A DNA stretch of 64,000 nt from Polyangiaceae bacterium. Its GTDB lineage: Bacteria; Myxococcota_A; Polyangia; Polyangiales; Polyangiaceae. The stretch lies in NCBI GenBank assembly GCA_050287085.1, contig JBNKBE010000009.1:131734-195733 (forward strand), in the 5' to 3' direction. Positions 48,802 through 58,880 of this stretch are shown here, in pieces. Within the stretch, counting starts at the first letter, position 1. Each line of letters opens with the position of its first letter. The translations under genes were made by a program, and so were the position numbers. The notes beneath the pieces were generated by a model that was not told where the DNA came from, made no database searches, and saw nothing but the letters and a program-made list of their open reading frames with translations.

Positions 48802-50841
48802 ATGCCAGCCCGCATCGTCGATCTCGCGACCGATCCGGCCTGCCTGGTTGCGCTTCTCCTCGGCTTGGTCTGGACCCTTGTGCCAAGGGCTTCGTCTCGG
48901 CTCCGCTTCACCGCGGCACAGGAGGCTCTGGTCTTCGGAGCCGCGTCAGCGCTCCTTTCTTGGGCCTATGTCGAGCATTATCTCGGGGGCTCACCACGGG
49001 TCATTGACGCCACCTCATATTGGCTTCAGGCGCGCACCTACGCAGCCGGAGAACTAGCCTTTGCGCCCCCGGGACCTATACATTCCTTCACCGGACGCTT
49101 TCTGCTCCCCACCGCCGACGGACGTCTCTCGGTGCTATTTCCCCCCGGCTACCCTGCACTGCTGAGCTTGGGGTTTTGGGTGGGCGCACCGATGCTGGTC
49201 GGACCATTGCTCGGTTTCGGGATTAGCGCAGGCACCTACGGCCTCGCCCACCACCTCACGGCCAGCACGAGGGTCGCACGCGTCGCGGCGACATTGGCAA
49301 CCCTCTGCGCCGCGATGCGCTATCAAAGCGCGGACACCATGTCCCACGGACTTGCTGCCCTGCTCGTGCTGGCAGCTGTAACGGGTGCATTAAAGACCTT
49401 CCAATCGCGTTGCTGGGGACTCTTGGGTGGGTTGTCCCTGGGCTGGCTCGTGGCAACTCGTCCCCTATCAGGACTTGCCTGTGGCCTTGCGGTGGGAGCC
49501 TTCCTATTGTGGTCGGCGCTCAAACCCCAGCGACCAGATGAGCCGACGCGAGCTCATGGCTGGGTTGCGCTGATGCCCTGGCTGTCGGCTTTCGTCGGTG
49601 TTGGCGCTCTCGTCCTGGAGCAGGCAGCCGTGGTCGGACGCGTGGGCCTCTCCACCCAATACCTGTACTACGCGCTCGCGGATGGCCCTCCTCAATGTTT
49701 CAACTTGGGTCTAGGAACGGACATCGGCTGCCGATACGAACACGGAGACTTCGTGGCTCGGTACATGCCCCAAGGCTACGGACTGCTCGCGGCGGGAGGC
49801 ACCACAATCCGACGACTGGCGCTGCACTCTTGGGATGTTGCCAACCTATGGGGCGGGCCTTGGCTAGCCGCTTGCGCCTGGTGGCGATGCCGACGGCACG
49901 CACGGTACAATCTCCTGGCCGTGACGATCGCGCTTCAGGTTCTGCTCTACGCCCTGTTCTATTTTGACGGCAACCTACCCGGAGCCGGAGCTCGTATGTT
50001 CGCCGATATTATCCCGCTTGAACACGTCCTACTCGGAACGCTCCTAGCGAATACCCGGTTTGCGCGCTACGTAGGCGCCGCTGCCTGCGTTGGCTTTGCG
50101 CTGGGACCAAGCGCTGACCACAGGCGACTTGCAATACGCGAGGGTGGAGAGCCGATGTTCATCCCAGAACGCCTCGCGCAAGCGACCGGCGATGGGCGTG
50201 GCAAGAGGTTGCTGGTGTATGTGACCACAGATCACGGCTTCAACCTGGCGTTTGATCCGAGTCCTGAGGCCCAAGTCGTCGTCGCGCGCCTGCGACGCGA
50301 CGCATTGGACCGCGTTCTGTACGAACACCTGGGACACCCACCCGCATTCGTCTATCATTTCGATCCCTCTCAGCCTGGGGAGCATGGGCGAGCACGACCC
50401 TACATTCCCCCGGTCGATTCTCACTTCAACGCCCGCAGCCTGTGGCCGCCGCTCGCCGTCACCTCCGGCTGGGTGGAGCGCTCCGATCGGGGACTCAGGC
50501 TGCACGACAACGCGACAATGACGGTTTCCCTGCCCGCCCTAGCACCAGAGTGGACACTTCAGACGAGCGGCTCCGACACTAGCCCCCCCCGGCTGTGGGC
50601 GAATAACACCGAGCTTCCAGTCTCGCCCGTACACGGCACTTCGGGTTCGTTCGGCTGGAGCTTCCGGCTTCCTATGGCGACTCAAACCGGGGAAGGCGCC
50701 CAAGAAGTGGCGTTCACAGTGGCGCTGCCGGACAAGCCAGTAGCCCCCGCTGAGGTACCGGAAGTGCAAGGATTCACCGTCAGCTTGAAAACAGCGGCCC
50801 ACAGCCACGCCCCCCACCGCCCACCTCCCTCCAGCCCCTAG
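48802..50841 (+). CDS. GT-C fold (ArnT/PMT-like) multi-TM glycosyltransferase
   Basis: IDATSYWLQARTYA, FPPGYPALL, MSHG, ATRP; 8 bp after the preceding GT-C gene. Confidence 0.72.
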   Translation: MPARIVDLATDPACLVALLLGLVWTLVPRASSRLRFTAAQEALVFGAASALLSWAYVEHYLGGSPRVIDATSYWLQARTYAAGELAFAPPGPIHSFTGRFLLPTADGRLSVLFPPGYPALLSLGFWVGAPMLVGPLLGFGISAGTYGLAHHLTASTRVARVAATLATLCAAMRYQSADTMSHGLAALLVLAAVTGALKTFQSRCWGLLGGLSLGWLVATRPLSGLACGLAVGAFLLWSALKPQRPDEPTRAHGWVALMPWLSAFVGVGALVLEQAAVVGRVGLSTQYLYYALADGPPQCFNLGLGTDIGCRYEHGDFVARYMPQGYGLLAAGGTTIRRLALHSWDVANLWGGPWLAACAWWRCRRHARYNLLAVTIALQVLLYALFYFDGNLPGAGARMFADIIPLEHVLLGTLLANTRFARYVGAAACVGFALGPSADHRRLAIREGGEPMFIPERLAQATGDGRGKRLLVYVTTDHGFNLAFDPSPEAQVVVARLRRDALDRVLYEHLGHPPAFVYHFDPSQPGEHGRARPYIPPVDSHFNARSLWPPLAVTSGWVERSDRGLRLHDNATMTVSLPALAPEWTLQTSGSDTSPPRLWANNTELPVSPVHGTSGSFGWSFRLPMATQTGEGAQEVAFTVALPDKPVAPAEVPEVQGFTVSLKTAAHSHAPHRPPPSSP

Positions 50842-50898
50842 CTCGGCCCCAGCCGCGCCAAAACGAGAGGTCCTCTATTTCCAAACCCATCGAAAGGT

Positions 50899-50927
50899 TT
50901 GACATTTCGCTCGGCGCCGGTCAGCCT
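50899..50927 (+). promoter_or_regulatory. Candidate sigma70 promoter of the IHF gene
   Basis: TTGACA-N17-CAGCCT. Confidence 0.5.
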
Positions 50928-51047
50928 TCCATACACGAAAAGATGATGAAGATGCGCCGGGCCAAGCCGGCGTCTGGGTCGCCAGCTCAAGCGCGCCTCG
51001 CACGATTTGCGGGGCCTTGGGAAACGTGGCCCTGTGGAGGGTATGGC

Positions 51048-51359
51048 ATGACAAAAAGCGAGCTCATCGACGCAATCGCAGCAAGAGCGGATCTCAACAA
51101 GGGGCGCGCCGAGCTGGTGGTAAACTGTGTGTTCGACACCATGACGCAAGCTCTTGAAGCCGGTCAGGGCATTGAGATTCGTGGTTTTGGCAGCTTCACA
51201 GTCCGGCCGTATAAGCCCTACGCCGGACGCAATCCGCGAACGGGTCAGCCGGTGCCCGTTCCGGCCAAGCGACTGCCGTTCTTCAAGGTGGGCAAGGAAC
51301 TCAAGGAGCTCGTCAATGACAGTCTCCAGAACGGCACGCCCCCCATTAGCGAATCCTGA
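51048..51359 (+). CDS. ihfB: Integration host factor beta / HU-family DNA-binding protein
   Basis: MTKSELI, IEIRGFGSF, GRNPRTG, PFFKVGKELKE; SD GGAGG. Confidence 0.9.
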   Translation: MTKSELIDAIAARADLNKGRAELVVNCVFDTMTQALEAGQGIEIRGFGSFTVRPYKPYAGRNPRTGQPVPVPAKRLPFFKVGKELKELVNDSLQNGTPPISES

Positions 51360-51405
51360 GCCATAGCCCTTCAGCCCTGCTGCAGGCAGCCGTTTTGTGC
51401 TGTCG

Positions 51406-52509
51406 ATGGGCACCACCGGCGAAATACTGGCGTATGGATCGTTCGGGCAGACAGAGCGAGCAGAGTTGAGCGATGTCGCCAACGAGGCCTCGCTCACACT
51501 GAAGGTCGTCGACTCGCCCGAAACGGCCGCGCAGTGGCTGCAATACAACCGCCCAAGGGCACTCCTACTGGACGCGACGACGCGCCATGCAGGCGAGGTT
51601 TGTCTCAACACCCGGGCGCTCGCGGAGCAAGCGCACACGCCCATCATCTCGCTTTCGCGAACCCTCGACGATCTGAGCTTCGAAGACGTCTTCAGTTGGG
51701 GTGGGGACGATGCCGTGGAGTTCTGCGCGGCACGCCAGCTCCTGTCGCGAGTTCGGGCGCTCCCGACCGACGACGACCACACCGCATCTGAGCGCAACGC
51801 ACGCGGCAAGGTGGTGGTCGCCGATCCCGAACGGGGTCGGCGCCTCATACGCGCGCGCGTACTGCGCAACGCTGGTTTTGGGGTTGAGTTTGCGGTGACC
51901 GACGACGATGCGTTCGCTTTGGCTCATGACGCGAAGCTGCTGGTGCTCGACGCTGAGCTCGATGGCGCCGAAGAAGTCCTCGTTCGCAGCGCCGCGCGAC
52001 ACCCAAGCACGCTACACATTCTGCTGGCGCCCCCGCTGCGCATCGCAGACCTGACGGCACGTCTCAAGAATCTGCCCAACGCCGCCGTTGCCGACGGCTA
52101 TTCCCCGCCCGAAAACGTCGTGTTCCTGGCCAACGAGCTCGAACGCGGGGGCGCGGCCGATCAACGTGCGTCGCGCCGTCTGCTCTTTGGAACCAAAGTG
52201 GCCTTCCGTGGCGTCGGACGAGAGAATGACGACTTCGGCTTCACCTATAACGTGAGCGATGGCGGGCTATATGTCCGCACTTTGGCGCCCCCGAGTGATG
52301 ATCGGGTCTGGCTCGAACTCCATCCACCACGCTGCGATCAGCGCGTACGACTGGAAGGGCACGTGGTCTGGCGCCGCAGCTATGGTCCAAGTGCCAATGC
52401 AACCGTGCCTCCGGGGTTTGGCGTCAAGATCGTCGATGGCACGCTCAGCAGTCGCGAGCTCTGGAGTCGCGGCTACTCCAATTATTTGGACGTCGTTCGC
52501 GGCCGCTGA
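51406..52509 (+). CDS. Two degenerate receiver-like domains plus C-terminal PilZ domain
   Basis: PilZ motifs QRASRR and NVSDGG; REC-like segments ALLLDA and KVVVADP...LLVLDA. Confidence 0.8.
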   Translation: MGTTGEILAYGSFGQTERAELSDVANEASLTLKVVDSPETAAQWLQYNRPRALLLDATTRHAGEVCLNTRALAEQAHTPIISLSRTLDDLSFEDVFSWGGDDAVEFCAARQLLSRVRALPTDDDHTASERNARGKVVVADPERGRRLIRARVLRNAGFGVEFAVTDDDAFALAHDAKLLVLDAELDGAEEVLVRSAARHPSTLHILLAPPLRIADLTARLKNLPNAAVADGYSPPENVVFLANELERGGAADQRASRRLLFGTKVAFRGVGRENDDFGFTYNVSDGGLYVRTLAPPSDDRVWLELHPPRCDQRVRLEGHVVWRRSYGPSANATVPPGFGVKIVDGTLSSRELWSRGYSNYLDVVRGR

Positions 52510-52765
52510 AGGCCCCGCACGGGCCACGACGTCGCCCCTCGGGCTGTTTCCGGGAGTGACTTTCCCATTCGCGCGCCCTCTTAGCGCTCAGGGCGCAGTC
52601 AAAAGGACCTCGAATCGCTTGTCTTGAGGCGAAGGCCTGGTGTACGTCGGGATGCGGTACTAAGCGTTGCACGCCTCGCTACGAGGCCAAGCTCAAAGCC
52701 CATTCGTCATCCCGTGACCTACTGCCGCCTATGACCCACTGCCGCCTTCTACGTCGACCCAGCTC

Positions 52766-54403
52766 ATGCTGAATCCGGGGCAACTTGTAGACGGCAAGTA
52801 TCGTATCGTACGGCTGATCGGCGACGGCGGCATGGGCGCTGTATACGAGGCTGAGCACGCCCTCCTCGGACGGCGCGTCGCGCTCAAGTTTCTACATCCC
52901 GAACTCGCGGATAAGGAACACCTCAAGCAGCGTTTCTTACAAGAGGCGCGGGTCAGCGCAACCATCCGCAATCCGCACATCGTCCAGGTCAGTGATGTGG
53001 GCACCGCAGAAGACGGCGTCCCGTACCTGGTGATGGAACTGCTGGAAGGCGAAACGCTGCAGAACGTGCTCGAGCGGACTACCAAGCTAACAGCAAGAGA
53101 CACCCTGAGCCTGACGCTGCAGATATTGGAAGGTCTCGCCGCGGCGCACGTCCGCAACGTCATCCACCGGGACCTCAAACCCGACAACGTGTTCCTGACC
53201 AAAGCGCCGTGGGGCTGGCTGCCCAAGCTGCTCGACTTTGGCATCGCGAAACTCAGGCAGATCGAGGCTTACGAGATCACGCTGACACGTCCCGGAGCCG
53301 TGATGGGCACGCCGGAGTACATGGCGCCCGAACAAGCCTACTCTGCAGATCAAGTAGATGAGCGTAGCGACATCTACTCGCTCGGCGTGATGATGTTCCA
53401 AATGCTCAGCGGCTACTTGCCGGCTGAAGGCGACACCCCCCAGGAAATCGCAGAGCAAATCATCAAAGGCAAGGCCCGAGATCTGGCCACTCTTTGTCCA
53501 CATTTGGACGGAGAGCTGCTGGCGGTCGTGCGACGCGCGACAGCACCAAGACCGGAAGCCCGCTTCCCAGATGTCGATCATCTGCGACAGCAGTTGCAGC
53601 CGATCGCGGACCGTTTCGGAGTGGAGTGGCAACGGCTCTCCGTCTTCGAAGCGCCTCCCACGGGCGAAGCTGTAGCGATTCCCAGCAGCATTCCAATCGC
53701 TTTCGATACGACGCAAGAAGTGAAGGCCCGGGTCACCGAAATCCAAGATGGCCCCTCCCCAAAGACGGTGCCTCCAGAGACCCAAGAGGCGCCCCGGGTG
53801 TCGCGGCTGCCCGCTGGGGCGGAGTCCTTCACCGCTGCGATGCCCCGCACCGGTACGGCGGCATTCACCCCACCGGCTGCCGCCGTCGGCAGCACCGATC
53901 CGGGTCCGGTGGTGCCGGCATCCCCCACCTTGATGCGAGCGCGACGCGCAAGAACGAGCCACAGGGGCTTGATCGCTTCGCTGCTTCTGGCAACCGCTGG
54001 ATTGGGGACTGCCCTGGGCGTCTACTACTACTACGAGCAGTACTTGCCCAGCACCTGGCCGGCGCCGCCGGCGCAGCCAACGCGGCGCGTGGTGGCCCCG
54101 CCCAAGACCGTCACGCTTCCGGATGAGTCCCCGGACGATAACGAGTCGCTGAGCGAACAGCCTTCGGAAGGGCGCTACTCGGCGCCTACCCCAGGTGAAG
54201 GTAAGCGCCCGCCGGCAAACGATCCACCCGAGCTGCGTTTTCCACAGCTACCTGACTCGTTGGCGAGCGCCATTCCTACAGCGCTGCCCACGGCGCTACC
54301 TCCGGGGTTTCCGACGGCAATACCCACGCAATTCCCTTCGATTCCGGGCCTGACCGTGCCCGCCCCGACACCGACGACAACCCCGGCGCCAAGCTCACAA
54401 TAG
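52766..54403 (+). CDS. Hanks-type Ser/Thr protein kinase with TM and Pro-rich tail
   Basis: GDGGMGAVY, VALK, HRDLKPDN, DFG, GTPEYMAPE. Confidence 0.95.
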   Translation: MLNPGQLVDGKYRIVRLIGDGGMGAVYEAEHALLGRRVALKFLHPELADKEHLKQRFLQEARVSATIRNPHIVQVSDVGTAEDGVPYLVMELLEGETLQNVLERTTKLTARDTLSLTLQILEGLAAAHVRNVIHRDLKPDNVFLTKAPWGWLPKLLDFGIAKLRQIEAYEITLTRPGAVMGTPEYMAPEQAYSADQVDERSDIYSLGVMMFQMLSGYLPAEGDTPQEIAEQIIKGKARDLATLCPHLDGELLAVVRRATAPRPEARFPDVDHLRQQLQPIADRFGVEWQRLSVFEAPPTGEAVAIPSSIPIAFDTTQEVKARVTEIQDGPSPKTVPPETQEAPRVSRLPAGAESFTAAMPRTGTAAFTPPAAAVGSTDPGPVVPASPTLMRARRARTSHRGLIASLLLATAGLGTALGVYYYYEQYLPSTWPAPPAQPTRRVVAPPKTVTLPDESPDDNESLSEQPSEGRYSAPTPGEGKRPPANDPPELRFPQLPDSLASAIPTALPTALPPGFPTAIPTQFPSIPGLTVPAPTPTTTPAPSSQ

Positions 54404-54715
54404 GCCATCATATCGTACTTGACGCGACGTAGTGCTGCCCCGTGCCGCGGTGCTTGGATTTGTGATGTATGGTGTGATTTCGGCTAGCCCGCGGTTGTAA
54501 ACGGGGGACGCCCTCGCTAGAACCCATCCGACACGTCGCCCCGCAGGTGGTGGCAGTCGCTCCAAGCCACCGCAGCGAAAGCATCCCCTGGTACGCACGT
54601 GTCAATGCGACTGGTCCGCGCAACATTCCCTCCCGCCCGTCGGCTAACCGCCAGACACGACCCAGCAACAATGTCCGTGTATTGAACGCGTATTCCCCGG
54701 AAGCATTGGGCTCTG

Positions 54716-55435
54716 ATGACTGACACACTCAACGACTTCGTCGCCTCTCTGCCGGTACGGTACCGTGAGCGCTTTTCCGGTGCCGACATGCGCCTGCACC
54801 AGCACGCCGCTGAGGCGCAGGTGGGCAGTGATGTTGTCGTCGAGGTGTTTCAGCGCGAGCCTGAACTCACAGCCATTTGCATCGTCGGCTTGGATCAGCC
54901 GGGCTTTCTGGCTCGTGTCACGGACGCGCTGGTCTTGTGCGAGCTCGACATCGTCAACGCAGAGGCATTCACTCGCTTGCGCGCCGGTGGAGCAGCCCAA
55001 GCTCTGGACGTATTCTGGGTTCGCCACAGCAGCGGGCGTCCTGCCAGCGAGGCCGACGTAGAGCACCTCCGTCAAGAGCTGCGACAGCGCAGCACAGCGG
55101 CTCCCTCCGAGCTGCCGTCCCACCAGCAGGACGGCGCCATGTCGGACACGCGAGTGCGTTTCATTGAAAACGAAAGCGGTGCCCTCGACACTTTGGAGAT
55201 CGAAACCGACGATCGAGCCGGGCTGCTCCTAGCTCTGTCGCGTACGTTGTACGCGCAAAAAGTGCAGATCGTATACTCGGAGATAAGGACTCACGGCGGA
55301 CGCTGCGTAGACCGATTCCAGATCGCGGAATTCGACGGCAGCGAAGTGAGCCCAGCCCGGCGGCTGCAGATTCAGGTAGCCGTGCTGAGCGCCGCTGAGC
55401 CTGCCAAACGGCTGAGTTCACTGCCACCGCGCTGA
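54716..55435 (+). CDS. Stand-alone tandem ACT protein, like the GlnD C-terminus
   Basis: DQPGFLARV...DIVNAEAFT...ALDVFWV and LEIETDDRAGLL...IRTHGGRCVDRFQI. Confidence 0.82.
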   Translation: MTDTLNDFVASLPVRYRERFSGADMRLHQHAAEAQVGSDVVVEVFQREPELTAICIVGLDQPGFLARVTDALVLCELDIVNAEAFTRLRAGGAAQALDVFWVRHSSGRPASEADVEHLRQELRQRSTAAPSELPSHQQDGAMSDTRVRFIENESGALDTLEIETDDRAGLLLALSRTLYAQKVQIVYSEIRTHGGRCVDRFQIAEFDGSEVSPARRLQIQVAVLSAAEPAKRLSSLPPR

Positions 55436-55604
55436 ACTGCGTTGGCGGGAGCCCGCGGCTGCGCGCTTGAAAAATGCAGTCGTGAACGACAGCCCAGGCC
55501 GCTTCTTGAGCGGAAATCTCACCTCACGGGCGAAACTTCTCGCGCCTATGACCGTCTGTGACGTCAAGCGCATCGCAAGGTGCCAGTCGCTCAGGGAGAC
55601 CGTC

Positions 55605-55907
55605 ATGCAGATAGAAACCACACTCAGCCCCGCGCCGTCCGCGCAGGATCTGTTCGTCGACGTTCAGAATCTGATCACCCGCTTGATGGCAGAGAAGCAG
55701 CTCACCGCCAAGGACCTCGCCAATCGACTCGAACTGCCGGAAACGGTGGTGGCTCGGCTGCTGCAAGGAAGCGACATGACACTGCGCCAACTGGCCACCG
55801 TATTCGCGGCACTCGGCGAGTCAGCCTTCATCGGTCGCAAGTATTCCCCCCTTGACCACCGTGCTCTAGCTGCCAGTCCTGCCACGGCTGAGCTCGCAAG
55901 CCCGTAG
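55605..55907 (+). CDS. XRE/Cro-type HTH protein
   Basis: LTAKDLANRLELPETVVARLL...MTLRQLATVFAALG; SD AGGGAG. Confidence 0.8.
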   Translation: MQIETTLSPAPSAQDLFVDVQNLITRLMAEKQLTAKDLANRLELPETVVARLLQGSDMTLRQLATVFAALGESAFIGRKYSPLDHRALAASPATAELASP

Positions 55908-56009
55908 TAGCGTCTCACCCTAGGCCGACGGCCGGGCGCCGACCAGCGGCGCGGGTAATTGTGGGGATTGTCCGGGAGCGAGCTAACGTAGAGCTCTGAG
56001 ACTTCCGGT

Positions 56010-58880
56010 ATGTTTTCGACCCTCTCGACCTCCCCGCCGCACTGGTTTCTATGGCCCGTTGCGCTGATCCTTGGAGCGCTGCTCGCCGGCGACGGGGCTT
56101 ATGCCGCCGGCGCGCTGTCGGGCGCCTGTGTGCTGTGGCTTTGGCGCTTGAACACCCACTTGTCGTCCCTGCGAAGAGCAGGTGAAGACCTGGAAGTCGA
56201 ACTGGCGGACGCGCGCAGCCGCATCACGTTGCTAGAAGCGCGCCTTTCGGCATCCGGCGCGCCCCTGGAGGCGTCGGATGCGCGCCACGCGAAGCAACCC
56301 GCGGCTGAAGCCCAGTCCGAGACTTTCACCGCCCCGACGGACACGGCGCCGCAATTCGCGGAGGAAGCTCCGGCCGGCGCCTTGGAGGCTCAGGCGGCGC
56401 TCAGTCCGAACCCGATCTCCGCCGCTGCTGACACAAGCGCCGCGCCGACGGACGCAGGTGAATGGCATCGACCGCAGACACCGCCAGAGCCACTAGTCCA
56501 ATGGTTCCAGCCCCTGCGTGAGTTCTTGTGGGGTGGCAATACGCTCGTAAGAGTTGGCGTCTTGGTCCTGCTGGTGGGCGTAGTCTTGCTGCTGAAGTGG
56601 GCCGCCGACAACAACCTCTTTCCGATCGAGCTGCGGATGCTCTCAGCCGCAGCAACCGCCGCTCTGCTGATCGGGTTCGGCTATCGCACGCGCACCCGAC
56701 GCAAAGAATACGGAGTAACGCTCCAGGGCGCTGGCGTCGCAGCTCTCTACTTGGTCGTCTTCTTCTCGTTCAAATCCTACGAGCTGTTACCCGGCCTTGC
56801 CGCCTTCACCTTGTTGGCTGGCATCAGCCTATTCAGCTGCCTGCTCGCTACGCTGCAGAATAGCAGGACACTGATTCTGCTTGGTGCACTGGGCGGATTC
56901 GTCGCGCCCATTCTCGCCTCGACTGGAGCGGGAAGTCACGTTGCGCTCTTCAGCTGGTACCTAGTCCTCAATTTAATGGTGCTGGCCATCTCGGTCGTCA
57001 AGAATTGGCGCTCGGTCGCGCTGGTTGGGTTCGCGTTCACTTTCGGCATCGGCACGGCATGGGGTGTGTTGCGCTACGAGCCAAGGCACCTGGCCAGCAC
57101 TGAGCCATTCCTACTGCTATTTGCGGCAATCTACGCCGCGCTTCCTGTGTTGATGCAAACCTGGCAACTACGCCATCCTGGTCAAACAGAAGCGGGCGTC
57201 AAGACCGTCCGAGGCATCGACAGCACGCTCACGTTTGGTACCCCGCTGGCTTTCCTGGGTCTCCAAGCCGGTCTCTTGCGCGAACACCCCATGGCCATGG
57301 CCCTCACGCTCGCGAGCGTAGCGCTCGCCTACGTCGGGGCCGCCATCTGGTTACATCGCCGTTCGCACGAAGCATTCGCGTCCGCCATAGCCAGCTTCCT
57401 GACGGTAGGCGTCGGCCTTGGTACGCTCGCCCTTCCCTACGCATTGCGAAGCCACAACCTGACCAGCGCGGGGTGGGCCTTGGAAGGCGCGGGCATGTTC
57501 TGGGTTGGTGTCCGCCAAGGCCGACGACGGCCGCAGCTCTTTGGTGTTCTACTGCAAGTGGCCGCGAGCGTAGCCCTAAGCGCCGGCCTGCTGGGTATCA
57601 GTCTTCCGCTCTTGGACACGGATTTCTACAACTCCCAGATCAGCGACTTCGTTCTAACCACATCGTTGGTCGGCATCACCAGCTACTTCACTGCCTTCTA
57701 CTCACACCGACACCAGGTCAGCGGCAGTTGGGCCATACAGGTGTTGCTGTTTTGGGGGCTGTTGCTCTGGCTCTTTGTCGGTGTTGTTACCGCTGACGAG
57801 TGGATGCCCTCGGACATCGCCCTGGCCGGAGCCTTCGCGTTCACCGCAGCCACTTGCCTACTGCTCGAAACGGTCAGCAAGGCGCTCAGGTACACACTCG
57901 GCCGCCTGCCTGCGCTACTGGCGTTCGGGCTATCCCTGATTGCAATACTCATTCATCTAGTCGCTGACGATGAACCCCCGGGTGCACCGTTGTGGCTCGT
58001 TGCATGGATCTTGTTGCTGGCAACTCAAGCGCTAAGCCTTCGCGACTTCATCGCACACCGCATCCCGTCCCGACCACGCCTTGGCGTACTGCTGGTCATC
58101 CCTCTGCTATGCACGGGATGGTGGCTCGCCCTCGAAGCCGCCGACCTTTGCCGCGTCTCGCTAGAGTTGGACGACACCTGGGTGTTCGCGGCGACAACCG
58201 CCGCCTTGAGCGCCCATGCGCTACTCGTATTGAAACTGAGGAACGCTCACTGGCTAGGAACTCTTCGCGACGCTTGGCATAGCGTAGGCATGCCAAGCGT
58301 CGCCGCGGCCATGCTCTTCATCGGGCTCATCACCGATCTAGAGTGCACGGGGGATCCGGCGCCTTTGCCTTTTGTTCCGTTGCTCAATCCGTACGACTCG
58401 TTGCGACTCATTTCGCTCGCAGTGGGACTACTCCTCTTCCGCGCAAGCTACCGAGGCGCAACCACCAAGGCCCCAATTCGGATGTGGGCAGCCATCTCCG
58501 TTCTCGCTTTTGTCTGGTTCAACTCGATGCTGGCGCGTAGCGTCCACCATCTGGCGTCCGTGCCGTTTTCGTCTGAAGCTCTGTGGAGTTCTTCCAGTCT
58601 GCAGTGGGTGCTGAGCGGTGCCTGGACAGCTGTCGCCGTCGCGCTGATGACGTGGTCGAGCAAGCGTGCGCTACGCGGCGTGTGGATCGCGGGTGCCATC
58701 CTCATGGGCACCACCGTGCTCAAGCTGTTCCTCGTTGACTTGGACCGCCAGAGCACGGTCGCCCGCATCCTCACGTTTCTTGCCGTGGGCGGCGCCCTCT
58801 TGGTTGTTGGCTACCTATCGCCCCTCCCTCCCAAACGCCCAAGTCCGACCCCCGAAACCGCGAAGGAAGCCGACGCATGA
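56010..58880 (+). CDS. DUF2339 family polytopic membrane protein
   Basis: GGNTLVRVG, LQGAG, GGFVAPILASTG, LKLFLVDL...ARILTF. Confidence 0.88.
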   Translation: MFSTLSTSPPHWFLWPVALILGALLAGDGAYAAGALSGACVLWLWRLNTHLSSLRRAGEDLEVELADARSRITLLEARLSASGAPLEASDARHAKQPAAEAQSETFTAPTDTAPQFAEEAPAGALEAQAALSPNPISAAADTSAAPTDAGEWHRPQTPPEPLVQWFQPLREFLWGGNTLVRVGVLVLLVGVVLLLKWAADNNLFPIELRMLSAAATAALLIGFGYRTRTRRKEYGVTLQGAGVAALYLVVFFSFKSYELLPGLAAFTLLAGISLFSCLLATLQNSRTLILLGALGGFVAPILASTGAGSHVALFSWYLVLNLMVLAISVVKNWRSVALVGFAFTFGIGTAWGVLRYEPRHLASTEPFLLLFAAIYAALPVLMQTWQLRHPGQTEAGVKTVRGIDSTLTFGTPLAFLGLQAGLLREHPMAMALTLASVALAYVGAAIWLHRRSHEAFASAIASFLTVGVGLGTLALPYALRSHNLTSAGWALEGAGMFWVGVRQGRRRPQLFGVLLQVAASVALSAGLLGISLPLLDTDFYNSQISDFVLTTSLVGITSYFTAFYSHRHQVSGSWAIQVLLFWGLLLWLFVGVVTADEWMPSDIALAGAFAFTAATCLLLETVSKALRYTLGRLPALLAFGLSLIAILIHLVADDEPPGAPLWLVAWILLLATQALSLRDFIAHRIPSRPRLGVLLVIPLLCTGWWLALEAADLCRVSLELDDTWVFAATTAALSAHALLVLKLRNAHWLGTLRDAWHSVGMPSVAAAMLFIGLITDLECTGDPAPLPFVPLLNPYDSLRLISLAVGLLLFRASYRGATTKAPIRMWAAISVLAFVWFNSMLARSVHHLASVPFSSEALWSSSSLQWVLSGAWTAVAVALMTWSSKRALRGVWIAGAILMGTTVLKLFLVDLDRQSTVARILTFLAVGGALLVVGYLSPLPPKRPSPTPETAKEADA

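Noticed and set aside
50838..51869. 343-aa minus-strand ORF
   Set aside because: Antisense to ihfB and the PilZ gene
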